Positions 48,578 to 58,229 of a DNA stretch of 64,000 nucleotides are shown here, piece by piece. Below the pieces are notes generated by a model. It made no database searches. It worked only from the letters and a program-made list of their open reading frames with translations, and was not told the origin of the DNA. Source of the DNA: Minisyncoccota bacterium. GTDB lineage: Bacteria; Patescibacteriota; Minisyncoccia; Phycocordibacterales; UBA9973. The stretch covers positions 18,115 to 82,114 of the forward strand of contig JAIPHX010000004.1 in the NCBI GenBank assembly GCA_021734995.1, written 5' to 3'. Made by a program: the position numbers and the translations under genes. Every line of letters starts with the position of its first letter. The first letter of the stretch is position 1.

Positions 48578-50305
48578 TTAATACACCTCTTTATTATAAC
48601 ACCCCTCACAATATACTATCTCTGGTCTATCTGGAGCATATGAGGTTTCGAATTCTTCTGTGCACTTCCCTGCATGCCCATGTTTGTCTTTGTCACACAT
48701 ACAAGAACGGTGCCAGAGTTTCATTGGGTTTAATCTCTCTAATCTTTTTTTATACCTTTCATCTTGATGCAATCTAGGTAAAGGTAAATCCATTCTCTTA
48801 TAAAATTCAAATTCTGATTGTAAAATGCGATAAGATTTCCCTGAAACAGAACATTGAATAATATGTTCAGTAATATCTTCTTTTGTATCCTTTATATCAA
48901 TTGGTAATTCCTCAGCTTTAATTGTCGGCATGTATCTTTTTACCTCTACTTCTCCATAATCTATACCAAACTTTGTTAAAAATTCTTTATCTTTTGGCAT
49001 TAAATCAAATAATACTGATTCAGTATAACTAAAAGGAGAAAATTCTGGAGGGAAAAATTCTCCATATTTATAAATATGTCCAACTTTACCAACATAAGGC
49101 ATATCATTCATATGCTTTTTAATTTTCTCTATCATTTCAAAATATTTTTCCTTAGAATACTGTTTATTTAAAATACAATATTGCTTATTTTTTAAACCTA
49201 CACAACCAAAAAGATCAGCCGAGGAACCACAATAATCAGTATATTCTGAGTTTATTAATGCTGGCATACCATAAATAGTAAAAAACAAATTATTACCGAG
49301 ATCTGAACCCCCTGTAGCATGTTCATAAATTAATTCACCTCTACCTTTATGTGTTACATCCATAGCATCTTTTAATCCTCCTGGACATCTAAAACCATAT
49401 TTTACATTTTCAACACCGGCACAAGAAAAACAATATTTTGCATTTTTAGAAGAGAAAATATTATCTCCCGTAGAGTTAATAGAATTTAAAATATGACCAT
49501 ATTGTCTTGGCAATTTTAAATTAAATTTATAAAATTCTTTTTGGAAATTAACCAAAGTTTCATAATTACCTAAATTTAAATCTTTCAACTTTTTTTCATA
49601 TTCCTCTTTAGAATACTGTTCATTTAAAATACAAAATCTTTTGTTTCGTAAATTAACACAACCTATACAATCTTGACAATTTCTACAATTAATTAAAAAC
49701 CGAGAAGAAACACAGTTACTAGAAAAATCACAAAAAGCACAATCATAATTTTTAGTAGAATCGATACACTCATAAATAATATTACTATCTTGAGCTAAAT
49801 ATGTATCGTAAATATCTTTTGATTTTGATATATTATTTGAATAAAAAATATTTTCAGAATCCCAAATAACAGAATATGAAAGATAAACATTTTTTACATC
49901 TTGAATCATATTGGCATACTCAGAATTTATATTCTTGCCGTTTTGCCCTACTGCTGGACGAGGAACATTTTTAAATAATTCATTAAATTGAGTAAAAAAA
50001 TCTTTATTAAAATCAACGTCTAAAGCATAGGTTTGTGGATCCCATTCATCTTTTTTCCAACAGTCTACACAATATACATTAAAAATAGATTCTGGACTAT
50101 AAACAGAAATAGTCTTTTTGCTACACAATGCACAATTTCTATGATACAACCTTCTTTCGTTTCTCCAAATCAATCTTCTAAAGAACCTACACTCCGGACA
50201 AAAAGTAGGTGGTGGTACTTTGATCTTTTGATAGAAAAGAAAGTCTTCTGACTCTATTATAAAGTCATTTTTGCAGTTTTGGCAGTTTTTAGTTTCTGGT
50301 GACAT
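48578..50305 (-). CDS. Cys-rich multi-zinc-ribbon paralog (copy D)
   Basis: Same architecture and shared termini. Confidence 0.85.
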   Translation of the reverse strand: MSPETKNCQNCKNDFIIESEDFLFYQKIKVPPPTFCPECRFFRRLIWRNERRLYHRNCALCSKKTISVYSPESIFNVYCVDCWKKDEWDPQTYALDVDFNKDFFTQFNELFKNVPRPAVGQNGKNINSEYANMIQDVKNVYLSYSVIWDSENIFYSNNISKSKDIYDTYLAQDSNIIYECIDSTKNYDCAFCDFSSNCVSSRFLINCRNCQDCIGCVNLRNKRFCILNEQYSKEEYEKKLKDLNLGNYETLVNFQKEFYKFNLKLPRQYGHILNSINSTGDNIFSSKNAKYCFSCAGVENVKYGFRCPGGLKDAMDVTHKGRGELIYEHATGGSDLGNNLFFTIYGMPALINSEYTDYCGSSADLFGCVGLKNKQYCILNKQYSKEKYFEMIEKIKKHMNDMPYVGKVGHIYKYGEFFPPEFSPFSYTESVLFDLMPKDKEFLTKFGIDYGEVEVKRYMPTIKAEELPIDIKDTKEDITEHIIQCSVSGKSYRILQSEFEFYKRMDLPLPRLHQDERYKKRLERLNPMKLWHRSCMCDKDKHGHAGKCTEEFETSYAPDRPEIVYCEGCYNKEVY

Positions 50306-50337
50306 AAATAAAGTATATATAATAAAGGATAATTAAT

Positions 50338-51216
50338 CTAATATTTATCTTCAGGGTACAGATACCTCCTGATCTTAATAGAATAGTCTCCCATATCTCC
50401 TATTTTTTCTGAGATATCTGAAATAAAATATTTTTCTCGAGCTTCTTTGATAGGAAGATCTGTGTCCAATAAACCAACTCTCAGAGCAAGGTCATCAGCT
50501 GAAGCTGTAAGCCATAAACGCCAAGAAAACATTGATATTCTATTTGAAGTTATCTTATTTATATGTCTTACTATACTTGAAGTACAGTTTGCATAAAAAG
50601 TGTTGTACCATGATCTGTCAGTAGAGTTTAGCTCATTCATTCTTTCCAACATATCAACAAGTAACAACCGAGCATTTTTGTTTTCAGTTAATTTCACAGG
50701 ATACACATATACCTTATCTTTTCTAACATTTGCTCTTAAAAGCATTACATCTCTTTCGTCTGCTGGAATATACATCAATGGATACGTATGCAACATCCCC
50801 TTCCAAATACTAAAATTTTGTTCTTTAGTTTTCCGTGCTTCTATGCTAATAGCTAAAAAATCTCCGTTAGTAAACTCAAAAGAAAGAAAAGTATGTGCCG
50901 CAAAAGTAGCTTCATTAAAAGGCTCTGATACATACCACACTTTTTTGATCTCTCTTAAATCATAAGTTTTATCATAATAAGCAGGAATCATATCTTTTTC
51001 TGTAGGAAAATATCTAAAATTTCTGACATTTTTAATAGTCACAAAATCATCATTAAATTCTGCTTTAGCTAAGATAGCTAAATGCTCTTGCCAATCACCT
51101 TCTGTTGGAACTTCTTTGGAAATTTGCCAAAACACAAAAAGACAAAAAATACATATTAAAATATACAAAATTCTAAAAAATAAAGTATTCTTAATAAAAT
51201 TAAATTTTAAATTCAT
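50338..51216 (-). CDS. DUF4105-like membrane-anchored protein
   Basis: N-terminal TM, NVRNFRY, AHTFLSFEF, ISIEARK, YNTFYANCTS; likely start MNLKF. Confidence 0.8.
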   Translation of the reverse strand: MNLKFNFIKNTLFFRILYILICIFCLFVFWQISKEVPTEGDWQEHLAILAKAEFNDDFVTIKNVRNFRYFPTEKDMIPAYYDKTYDLREIKKVWYVSEPFNEATFAAHTFLSFEFTNGDFLAISIEARKTKEQNFSIWKGMLHTYPLMYIPADERDVMLLRANVRKDKVYVYPVKLTENKNARLLLVDMLERMNELNSTDRSWYNTFYANCTSSIVRHINKITSNRISMFSWRLWLTASADDLALRVGLLDTDLPIKEAREKYFISDISEKIGDMGDYSIKIRRYLYPEDKY

Positions 51217-51227
51217 TATCTTACAAA

Positions 51228-52925
51228 TTAATAGACTTCTTTGGTATAACACCCTTCACAGTACACTATTTCCTTGCTTTCTGGAGCATAAGCTGAATCC
51301 ATTGTCTCTCCGCATTTTGAACAATTAGCTTTATAAAGTCTTTGGGATAAAGTATTTTGGAAACGAACCAGCCTACGACATTCAGGGCATTTTCTAGGAA
51401 TTGCAATATTTAATCTTTTTAATAACTCAAACTCACCTTTTACTATTCTAAAACATTTTCCACATTCACATTTTATAACCTCATTTAAAATATCATTAGA
51501 ATTATTAATATCATTCGGTAGATCAGAATATTTAACAGTAGGAGTATATTCATTTGGAATGGGTTCAAACCATTTTAAGTGATTTTCTTCACATTTTTCT
51601 TTCGTCATAGGAAAATATTGATTTGCCATTGTTTCATTATAAGCAAAAATAGAAAATTCTTCTGGGAAAAATTCTCCGTATTTATATACTAAACCCTTTT
51701 TACTAATATAAGGATTACTGTTCATATTTTTAATAATTTCTTCTTTCAGTTTTAAAAACTCATCTTTTGTATATTGCTTATTTAAAATACAATATTCTTT
51801 TTTCTTTAAATTAACACACCCGAAAGTATTTTTACAAGAAGTAGTGTAATAACAATATTCATTGTTTAATGAATCGGGATAATTCCCAAAAGAAAATTTT
51901 ATATTAGATGCTCCATGCCCTGCTACTGCCACTTCATACATTCTTTCAACATTACCTCCCCAACAAGTATAATCATAAGAATCTTTTGTACGAGGGACTG
52001 AGATCAATTGAACATAACGAGAATCTTCTACGCTAGTTATCATATAAGCATCCTGAGTATTTTTTGATTCATACGCATAATTACCGACTACATTTACATT
52101 CAAACTATTGGTATATAGACACCTATTGGGTAATGTAAGCCAAAAAGCTTTCGCTTCTTCAAGATATTTTAAAATGTTTGAGTATAAATTCAAATTTACT
52201 TTTTTCATAAATTCAAAATATTCTTCTTTGGAGTATTGTTGGTTAAAAATACAATATGATTTTTTCTTTAAATTCATACATCCAAAACAATTAATACAAG
52301 AGGAGCAATTTTTGGAAAATAAAACCTCTACACAGTTATCACATTCTTGAGAAAAAAGAGTTTGGTAACATTTATGCAGGCCCGCAGATTCATAACATAA
52401 TTCTGATTCTTTAATACGAAAACAATCCGCTGAATCTTTTAAACCATCTACAAAATCAGAATAAAAACAATTTTCGGCATAATCCACAAAAAAGCAAAGA
52501 TAACAATTTTTTAAATCAGAAGTATAGTTAGTATATTCACTATTAATTAGCTTGGAATAAGTAGAATCCAAAGACATGAAAGGAGTTTTGTTTATTAATT
52601 CTTCAACTTGCTCTAAAAAAGGACGAGAAGAATCATAATCCATACTATACTCAGTACCATCCCATTTATCAGCCCACCAGCACTTTGAACAAAAAACTTT
52701 TTGTTTCTTGTCTTTGTGAACCATTGAAATAATATTCAAGCCACAGCTATCACAAATTCTTTTATACAAAGAATATATATTCATGAAAGACAGTCTGCGT
52801 TTCAACCTACACTCCGGACAAAAAGTAGGTGGTGGTACCTTAATCTTCTCATAGAAAAGAAAATCTTCCGGCTCTATTATGAAGTCTTTTTTACAGTTTT
52901 GGCAGTTTTTAGTTTCTGGTGGCAT
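51228..52925 (-). CDS. Cys-rich multi-zinc-ribbon paralog (copy C)
   Basis: Shared N-terminus; canonical CSKC-x17-CEGC C-terminus. Confidence 0.85.
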   Translation of the reverse strand: MPPETKNCQNCKKDFIIEPEDFLFYEKIKVPPPTFCPECRLKRRLSFMNIYSLYKRICDSCGLNIISMVHKDKKQKVFCSKCWWADKWDGTEYSMDYDSSRPFLEQVEELINKTPFMSLDSTYSKLINSEYTNYTSDLKNCYLCFFVDYAENCFYSDFVDGLKDSADCFRIKESELCYESAGLHKCYQTLFSQECDNCVEVLFSKNCSSCINCFGCMNLKKKSYCIFNQQYSKEEYFEFMKKVNLNLYSNILKYLEEAKAFWLTLPNRCLYTNSLNVNVVGNYAYESKNTQDAYMITSVEDSRYVQLISVPRTKDSYDYTCWGGNVERMYEVAVAGHGASNIKFSFGNYPDSLNNEYCYYTTSCKNTFGCVNLKKKEYCILNKQYTKDEFLKLKEEIIKNMNSNPYISKKGLVYKYGEFFPEEFSIFAYNETMANQYFPMTKEKCEENHLKWFEPIPNEYTPTVKYSDLPNDINNSNDILNEVIKCECGKCFRIVKGEFELLKRLNIAIPRKCPECRRLVRFQNTLSQRLYKANCSKCGETMDSAYAPESKEIVYCEGCYTKEVY

Positions 52926-52945
52926 AAATATATATAATTTTTTAA

Positions 52946-54688
52946 TTAATACACCTCTTTATTATAACACCCCTCACAATATACTATCTCTGGTCTATCT
53001 GGAGCATATGAGGTTTCGAATTCTTCTGTGCACTTCCCTACATGCCCATGTTTGTCTTTATCACACATACAAGAGCGGTGCCAGAGTTTCATTGGGTTAC
53101 GTTTAGCAAGTCTTTCTTCATGACGGCAAAAAAAACATAACCTAGGTAACGGTACTTTTAATCTTTTGTATAAATTAAATTCTCCTGAAGTAATTTTAAA
53201 AGAACCACGACAATATAAATTATTTTTATCAAAATTTAAACATTGGATTACTTCTTTTAGAATAGAATCATCAACATCAGATAATTTATCTTTTAAATCT
53301 TGAGACTTCATTGTGGGGATATAATCAAGTTTATTTAATTCTTTCCATTTATAACCCAATTCTTGTGCCTTTTCTTTTGTTGATGGAAAATAATCCTGTG
53401 CCTGAGTTTGATTATATGCAAATGGGCTTAATTCCGATGGAAAGAATTCTCCATACTTATATACTCTGCCTTTACTATCTATATATGGCATATCATTCAT
53501 ATGCTTTATTATTTTTGGGACTAATTCTTCGTATTCTTCTTTAGTGTATTGTTTGTTTAAAATACAATATTTTTTGTTACGGAGACCAATGCAAGCGAAT
53601 AGATTATTTGAATTATAACAATTGAAAGAATACTGCACTTCAGAAGAGTAATATACCACACTGCAAAAATACAAAGAAACCCCTCCTGCATCAAAAAACT
53701 CATAATTATTTTCAGACAAAAATACTCCTGGTCCACCATCATAACAATCTTTTGAATTAAAACCTCCCCAATGAACATATTTTGAATTTTCTAAAATATC
53801 CGTACAATCAAAACAATATTGAGAATTTTTTACATCTATTAGATTGTCACCTGAAGAATTTAAAGTATTTACTTTAAAATTAGCCCGATGCAAAGATTGC
53901 AAATACAAGCTTAAAAATTTTTCTTTTAATGCTTGGACATTTTTATAACTATCCAAATCAATCTCCGAAATTCTTTTTTTATATTCTTCAGCGCTCAACT
54001 GTTCATTCCACATACAATACGACTTACTTCTTAGGTTTGTACAACCCAGACAATCTGTACAATTAACACAATCATATAAGAAATAAGAATCAACACAGTT
54101 TTTTGATTGTATTGAGTACAAAAGATGATATGAATCAGAAATTGCTACAGAATCAAAACACAATTCAGAATTATTTATGATATAACAATCAATACAATCT
54201 TTAATCTTCCTAACTCTATTTAAATAAAAACTATTTTCTATTCCCCAAGAACCAGAACACATATAGCTATCTTTGGACTCATGTGCAATATTACAATAAT
54301 CTGAATTAACAGCGCTAGAGTTAGATAATGCCTGAAATGGTACATTGTTTCTAAATTCATTCCATTGTTCAAAAAAAGATTTTGAAAAATCATAATCTAC
54401 CCCAAAACTCATAGAGTCCCATTCATCCCCCCACCAATATTGATTATCGTAAATTTTAATTTCAGATTCTGGTGGATATAAACTAATTAATTTTTCATTA
54501 TGCCCAGGAATATTACAATCTTTTTTAAAAAGATTCATTTCATTTCGCCAGCATAAACGTCTGACCATTCTACACTCCGGACAAAAAGTAGGTGGTGGCA
54601 CCTTAATCTTCTCATAGAAAAGAAAATCTTCCGGCTCTATTATGAAGTCGTTTTTGCAATTTTGACAGTTTTTAGTTTCTTGTAGCAT
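52946..54688 (-). CDS. Cys-rich multi-zinc-ribbon paralog (copy B)
   Basis: Same architecture and shared termini. Confidence 0.85.
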   Translation of the reverse strand: MLQETKNCQNCKNDFIIEPEDFLFYEKIKVPPPTFCPECRMVRRLCWRNEMNLFKKDCNIPGHNEKLISLYPPESEIKIYDNQYWWGDEWDSMSFGVDYDFSKSFFEQWNEFRNNVPFQALSNSSAVNSDYCNIAHESKDSYMCSGSWGIENSFYLNRVRKIKDCIDCYIINNSELCFDSVAISDSYHLLYSIQSKNCVDSYFLYDCVNCTDCLGCTNLRSKSYCMWNEQLSAEEYKKRISEIDLDSYKNVQALKEKFLSLYLQSLHRANFKVNTLNSSGDNLIDVKNSQYCFDCTDILENSKYVHWGGFNSKDCYDGGPGVFLSENNYEFFDAGGVSLYFCSVVYYSSEVQYSFNCYNSNNLFACIGLRNKKYCILNKQYTKEEYEELVPKIIKHMNDMPYIDSKGRVYKYGEFFPSELSPFAYNQTQAQDYFPSTKEKAQELGYKWKELNKLDYIPTMKSQDLKDKLSDVDDSILKEVIQCLNFDKNNLYCRGSFKITSGEFNLYKRLKVPLPRLCFFCRHEERLAKRNPMKLWHRSCMCDKDKHGHVGKCTEEFETSYAPDRPEIVYCEGCYNKEVY

Positions 54689-54702
54689 TTTATAAATATT
54701 TT

Positions 54703-56370
54703 TTAACTTATATTTTGTTTATAACAATCTTCACAAGCAATTTTTTGATAATTCCATTTTACATCATAAAAAGCAGTAATTTCTTTTTTACAAAATGTAC
54801 AGTAGTATAAATATGGATTCAAAACAGAAAAAAGCTTAAACTGATTTTTAATTCTAAGATCAAAATGATATCTCGGTAATGGAATATTATTTTCTTTATA
54901 AAATGCAAGCTCATTTCTAGCAACATTAAATCTCCAACCAGTTTCTTTGCATATGAGTGCTTTTGTAATAATATCATCCTCCACATCTTTTATATGGTCT
55001 GGTAAATCATCAGTAGATAGTCCTTCAATATGAGCCTCATTTATAGTAAGCCAGTACCCTCCCAAAGATTTTATTTCTTTTTCTTCTGTCTCTTGAAAAT
55101 AAAAATAAGCAGTTGATAAATTAAACGGACATAAGCTCATGTTATATGGCAGAAATTTGCCATATTCTCCTCTTGCCTTCATATCATTAATAATCTTATT
55201 TTTTAAATGATAAAATTCTTCTTCAGAATATTGCTTGTTTAAAATACAATATTTTTGTTTTTTGAGACCGACACATCCAAAACAAGAATCACATTCAACA
55301 CACAAATCAAGATATTCAGAATTTCTGGAAGAAGACCATATTGAATATTTTAAAGAGTAAGCTTGCACACAACAACTACAATTTCCCAGAAGCTCTGAAT
55401 GCCAGCATCCATCTGCATCAATATTTGACTTATTTTTAAGACCTCGAGTACAATTAAAACATTCTTCAGAATCAGATACTGTATTGCAATTATGACAATC
55501 CTTGGTAGACATAAGATAATTTCCAAAAGAATTTTGCACTTTTAAATTAAAGTTTTCTCTATGTACCACTTCTTTTTGAATTATTTCGTGAAATCTTTTT
55601 TTTAATTCTTGAACATTATCATAAGAACCTAAATCATATTCTTTTAGTTTATTTTCATACTCTTCTTTTGAATATTGCACATTTTCTATACAAAATCGTT
55701 TATTTCTTAAATTCCAAGACATAAAACAATCTTGACAATTTCTACAATCATATAAAAAATATGAATCTATACAATCTTTTGAATGATATGAATAAAAAAC
55801 CTTAAAACAATTGGAACAATCAGAAATTTCATAACATTTTTCAGAAGTATAAGAGACAATAGAATCAATACTATTTTTAACCTTAATATTTCTATAAGAA
55901 TAATATAAATTCTCACATTCTTCCATTGCCCTAGATAAATAACAATTTTTTGAACTCCATACATCATCACACCATTCACAATTAGTATTACTAGAACCCA
56001 TTTGGTGAGGTCTCGGAATTTTTTCTTGAAGTTCTTTTAGTTGTTCAAAAAAAGAACGAGATGGATTATAATCGCATCCATAATCTTTCGCATCCCATTT
56101 ATCTCCATACCATTCAGAGATAGAATAAATCGGGTATCTTGCATTTTCAGGCAAAATAGTGATTAATCCATCTCCAGATAAATCAGAAGTTCCTTTTCTA
56201 AATTTTCCAAAAACCCAAAAAGACAAATGTTGCTTTAATCTACACTGATGACACGTAGTTGGAATTTCAGTTTGAGTTTTAGCATACAAGTTTAATTCCC
56301 CTATTTCTATAGTAAAATTTTTTTGACAATACTGACAAATCTTATTCTCCTTTTGTGCCTTTATATTCAT
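54703..56370 (-). CDS. Cys-rich multi-zinc-ribbon paralog (copy A, most divergent)
   Basis: CQYC...PTTCHQCR, CFGCVGLKKQKYCILNKQY, CTFC..CEDC; start overlaps grpE stop. Confidence 0.85.
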   Translation of the reverse strand: MNIKAQKENKICQYCQKNFTIEIGELNLYAKTQTEIPTTCHQCRLKQHLSFWVFGKFRKGTSDLSGDGLITILPENARYPIYSISEWYGDKWDAKDYGCDYNPSRSFFEQLKELQEKIPRPHQMGSSNTNCEWCDDVWSSKNCYLSRAMEECENLYYSYRNIKVKNSIDSIVSYTSEKCYEISDCSNCFKVFYSYHSKDCIDSYFLYDCRNCQDCFMSWNLRNKRFCIENVQYSKEEYENKLKEYDLGSYDNVQELKKRFHEIIQKEVVHRENFNLKVQNSFGNYLMSTKDCHNCNTVSDSEECFNCTRGLKNKSNIDADGCWHSELLGNCSCCVQAYSLKYSIWSSSRNSEYLDLCVECDSCFGCVGLKKQKYCILNKQYSEEEFYHLKNKIINDMKARGEYGKFLPYNMSLCPFNLSTAYFYFQETEEKEIKSLGGYWLTINEAHIEGLSTDDLPDHIKDVEDDIITKALICKETGWRFNVARNELAFYKENNIPLPRYHFDLRIKNQFKLFSVLNPYLYYCTFCKKEITAFYDVKWNYQKIACEDCYKQNIS

Positions 56371-56983
56371 ATATATTTACTCTCGCTGGTCGCAAAACTC
56401 TTTCACCAAGCTTGTATCCTTTTTGAATTACTTGAGCTATTTTATGATCATATTCTTTTTTATCAGTTTCTACTACTTCTACAGAATGATGGAGATTTGG
56501 ATCAAATGATTCATTCTCTTTACCTATCTCTCGGACTCCATACTCTTCAAAAACAGCATTCATTTGAGAATATATATATTCTACTCCTTTACGCCAATTT
56601 TCATCTACTTTCTCCCATGATTCTTTGTTGGCAAAAGCCATATTAAAACTATCAGCTACTGTCAAAAATCTTCCCAAGATTCTTTCTCGGACAGCTTCAG
56701 AAAAATTACTCTTTCTTAGCTCTTCGTCTTTTTTATAATTAGCAAAATCAGCTCTTTCTTTTTGCCAACCTGCTAGATATTCAGATTTTTCTTTTTGAGC
56801 ATCTTTCAATTGCGCACGGAGTTTTTTGAGTGTTTTTTTTAAATCTTCTTCTCCATCTTCGTTGTATTCAAACTCTACAATATCTTCATCGGAATCCTCG
56901 CTGGAGTCTTGTATTTCAGGCATTTTTTCCAATTCCTCTTCTATGTTTGCATTATTTTTTTGTGTTTCATCTTTTTTAGTCAT
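56342..56983 (-). CDS. grpE: Nucleotide exchange factor GrpE
   Basis: ADFANYKK, FDPNLHHSV, QKGYKLGERVLRPARV. Confidence 0.95.
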   Translation of the reverse strand: MTKKDETQKNNANIEEELEKMPEIQDSSEDSDEDIVEFEYNEDGEEDLKKTLKKLRAQLKDAQKEKSEYLAGWQKERADFANYKKDEELRKSNFSEAVRERILGRFLTVADSFNMAFANKESWEKVDENWRKGVEYIYSQMNAVFEEYGVREIGKENESFDPNLHHSVEVVETDKKEYDHKIAQVIQKGYKLGERVLRPARVNIYEYKGTKGE

Positions 56984-57012
56984 ATTTTTATATTAGCATA
57001 CTTTTAAAAAAC

Positions 57013-57038
57013 AAAAAGCCCCTTGTGAGGGCTTTTTT
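57013..57038 (-). terminator. Intrinsic terminator after rpsI
   Basis: AAAAAGCCC-cttgtga-GGGCTTTTTT. Confidence 0.75.
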
Positions 57039-57044
57039 GATATC

Positions 57045-57473
57045 TTATCTTTTACTCCATTTTGGTGCTTTTCTAGCTTTTTTCAATCCGAATTTTCTTC
57101 GTTCTTTAGAACGAGGATCTCTTTTAAGAAACCCTAAATCTTTCATTTGAGGACGAAATTCTATATCAGAAATACAAATAGCACGAGCAAGACCATGTCT
57201 TACAGCTTCAGCTTGAGAATGATGTCCACCTCCAAGTACTTTTGCCTCTACTTTCCATTTTAGATTGGATTTTCCTTCTACTTCAGCTACACCCTTTAGT
57301 ATTGGATCTTGAACCAATCTGCGAGTTTCTTCTGTTTTAAAATATTCTTTTGCATCCATTCCATTTACGGAAATAGAATTCTTTGAAGCAGAAAAAATTC
57401 TCACTCTTGCTGTAGAAGTTTTTCTTCTTCCTACTGCCTCAATGTATTCATCTTTTGATTTTTCTTTTGTCAT
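57045..57473 (-). CDS. rpsI: 30S ribosomal protein S9
   Basis: GRRKTSTARV, RDPRSKERRKFGLKKARKAP.WSKR. Confidence 0.97.
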   Translation of the reverse strand: MTKEKSKDEYIEAVGRRKTSTARVRIFSASKNSISVNGMDAKEYFKTEETRRLVQDPILKGVAEVEGKSNLKWKVEAKVLGGGHHSQAEAVRHGLARAICISDIEFRPQMKDLGFLKRDPRSKERRKFGLKKARKAPKWSKR

Positions 57474-57478
57474 CTTTT

Positions 57479-57850
57479 TTATTCTTCAATTGTTAAATTT
57501 TTTATCATTGTCTTTTTTAATTTGTTTGCAGGCAACATTTTGGAAATAGCATGGTGAAGTAATTCTTTGTATCCCTTTTTTTCTATTACTTCTGATCCAG
57601 ACATTATAGTCAATCCTCCTGGATAGCCAGAATATCTCTTGTGCTCCAAAGTGTTTAACTTTTCAGTAGTAATGCTCATTTTGGATGCATTTATTACTTT
57701 TACAGGAGATCCAGAAAAAGCATTTCTTTTAAATGTTGACTTATTCTTACCTAGCAAAACAACAGCGACAGAGCTTGCCAATCTACCTAAAGTCTTTGCT
57801 GTAGCATCTACGATCTGTGGTTCTATTTTTTTATCTTCTTTCTTTTTCAT
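57479..57850 (-). CDS. rplM: 50S ribosomal protein L13
   Basis: DATAKTLGRLAS, YSGYPGG, MLP. Confidence 0.95.
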   Translation of the reverse strand: MKKKEDKKIEPQIVDATAKTLGRLASSVAVVLLGKNKSTFKRNAFSGSPVKVINASKMSITTEKLNTLEHKRYSGYPGGLTIMSGSEVIEKKGYKELLHHAISKMLPANKLKKTMIKNLTIEE

Positions 57851-57863
57851 ATAAATTATTTAT

Positions 57864-58223
57864 TTATTCTTGCAAAAGCTCTATCTGAGCCATTTCTGCT
57901 CCATCTGATTTTCTAACTCCTAATTTTAATATTCTAGTATATCCGCCATTTCTATCTTTAAATCTTGGTCCAATCTTTGTAAAAAGTTTTTTTGTTTCAG
58001 GAGCTCTGTTGAATAAAGAGGACAACACAATTCTTCTAGAAGCCAATGTATCTTTTTTAGCCTTAGTTATTATTTTTTCAATAAAAGGTCTCAATTCTTT
58101 TGCTTTTGGTAAAGTTGTCTTAATCTTTTCTCTAATAACCAAGTTTAAAACAAGAGATTTTAAAAGAGCTTCTCTTACGTTTTTCTTTCTGCCAAATTTT
58201 CTGTTTGAATTATGATGTCTCAT
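57864..58223 (-). CDS. rplQ: 50S ribosomal protein L17
   Basis: MRH...KFGR, IKTTLPKAKELR, GGYTRILK. Confidence 0.97.
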   Translation of the reverse strand: MRHHNSNRKFGRKKNVREALLKSLVLNLVIREKIKTTLPKAKELRPFIEKIITKAKKDTLASRRIVLSSLFNRAPETKKLFTKIGPRFKDRNGGYTRILKLGVRKSDGAEMAQIELLQE

Positions 58224-58229
58224 ATACTT

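Larger units (their letters stand above)
43376..54688 (-). repeat. Dispersed near-identical 5' (~110 bp) and 3' (~75-150 bp) blocks of the paralog array
   Basis: 44993-45108 identical to 46764-46879; similar at ~50186-50298, ~52806-52918, ~54571-54680; 3' blocks start at 43377, 45151, 48579, 52947. Confidence 0.9.

Noticed and set aside
43376-54688. DGR template/variable repeats among the paralog ends
   Set aside because: Differences include C/T silent changes, all copies are coding, and no reverse transcriptase is present
43376-56370. Classical integron
   Set aside because: No tyrosine integrase; spacers of 35 bp or less are too short for attC sites
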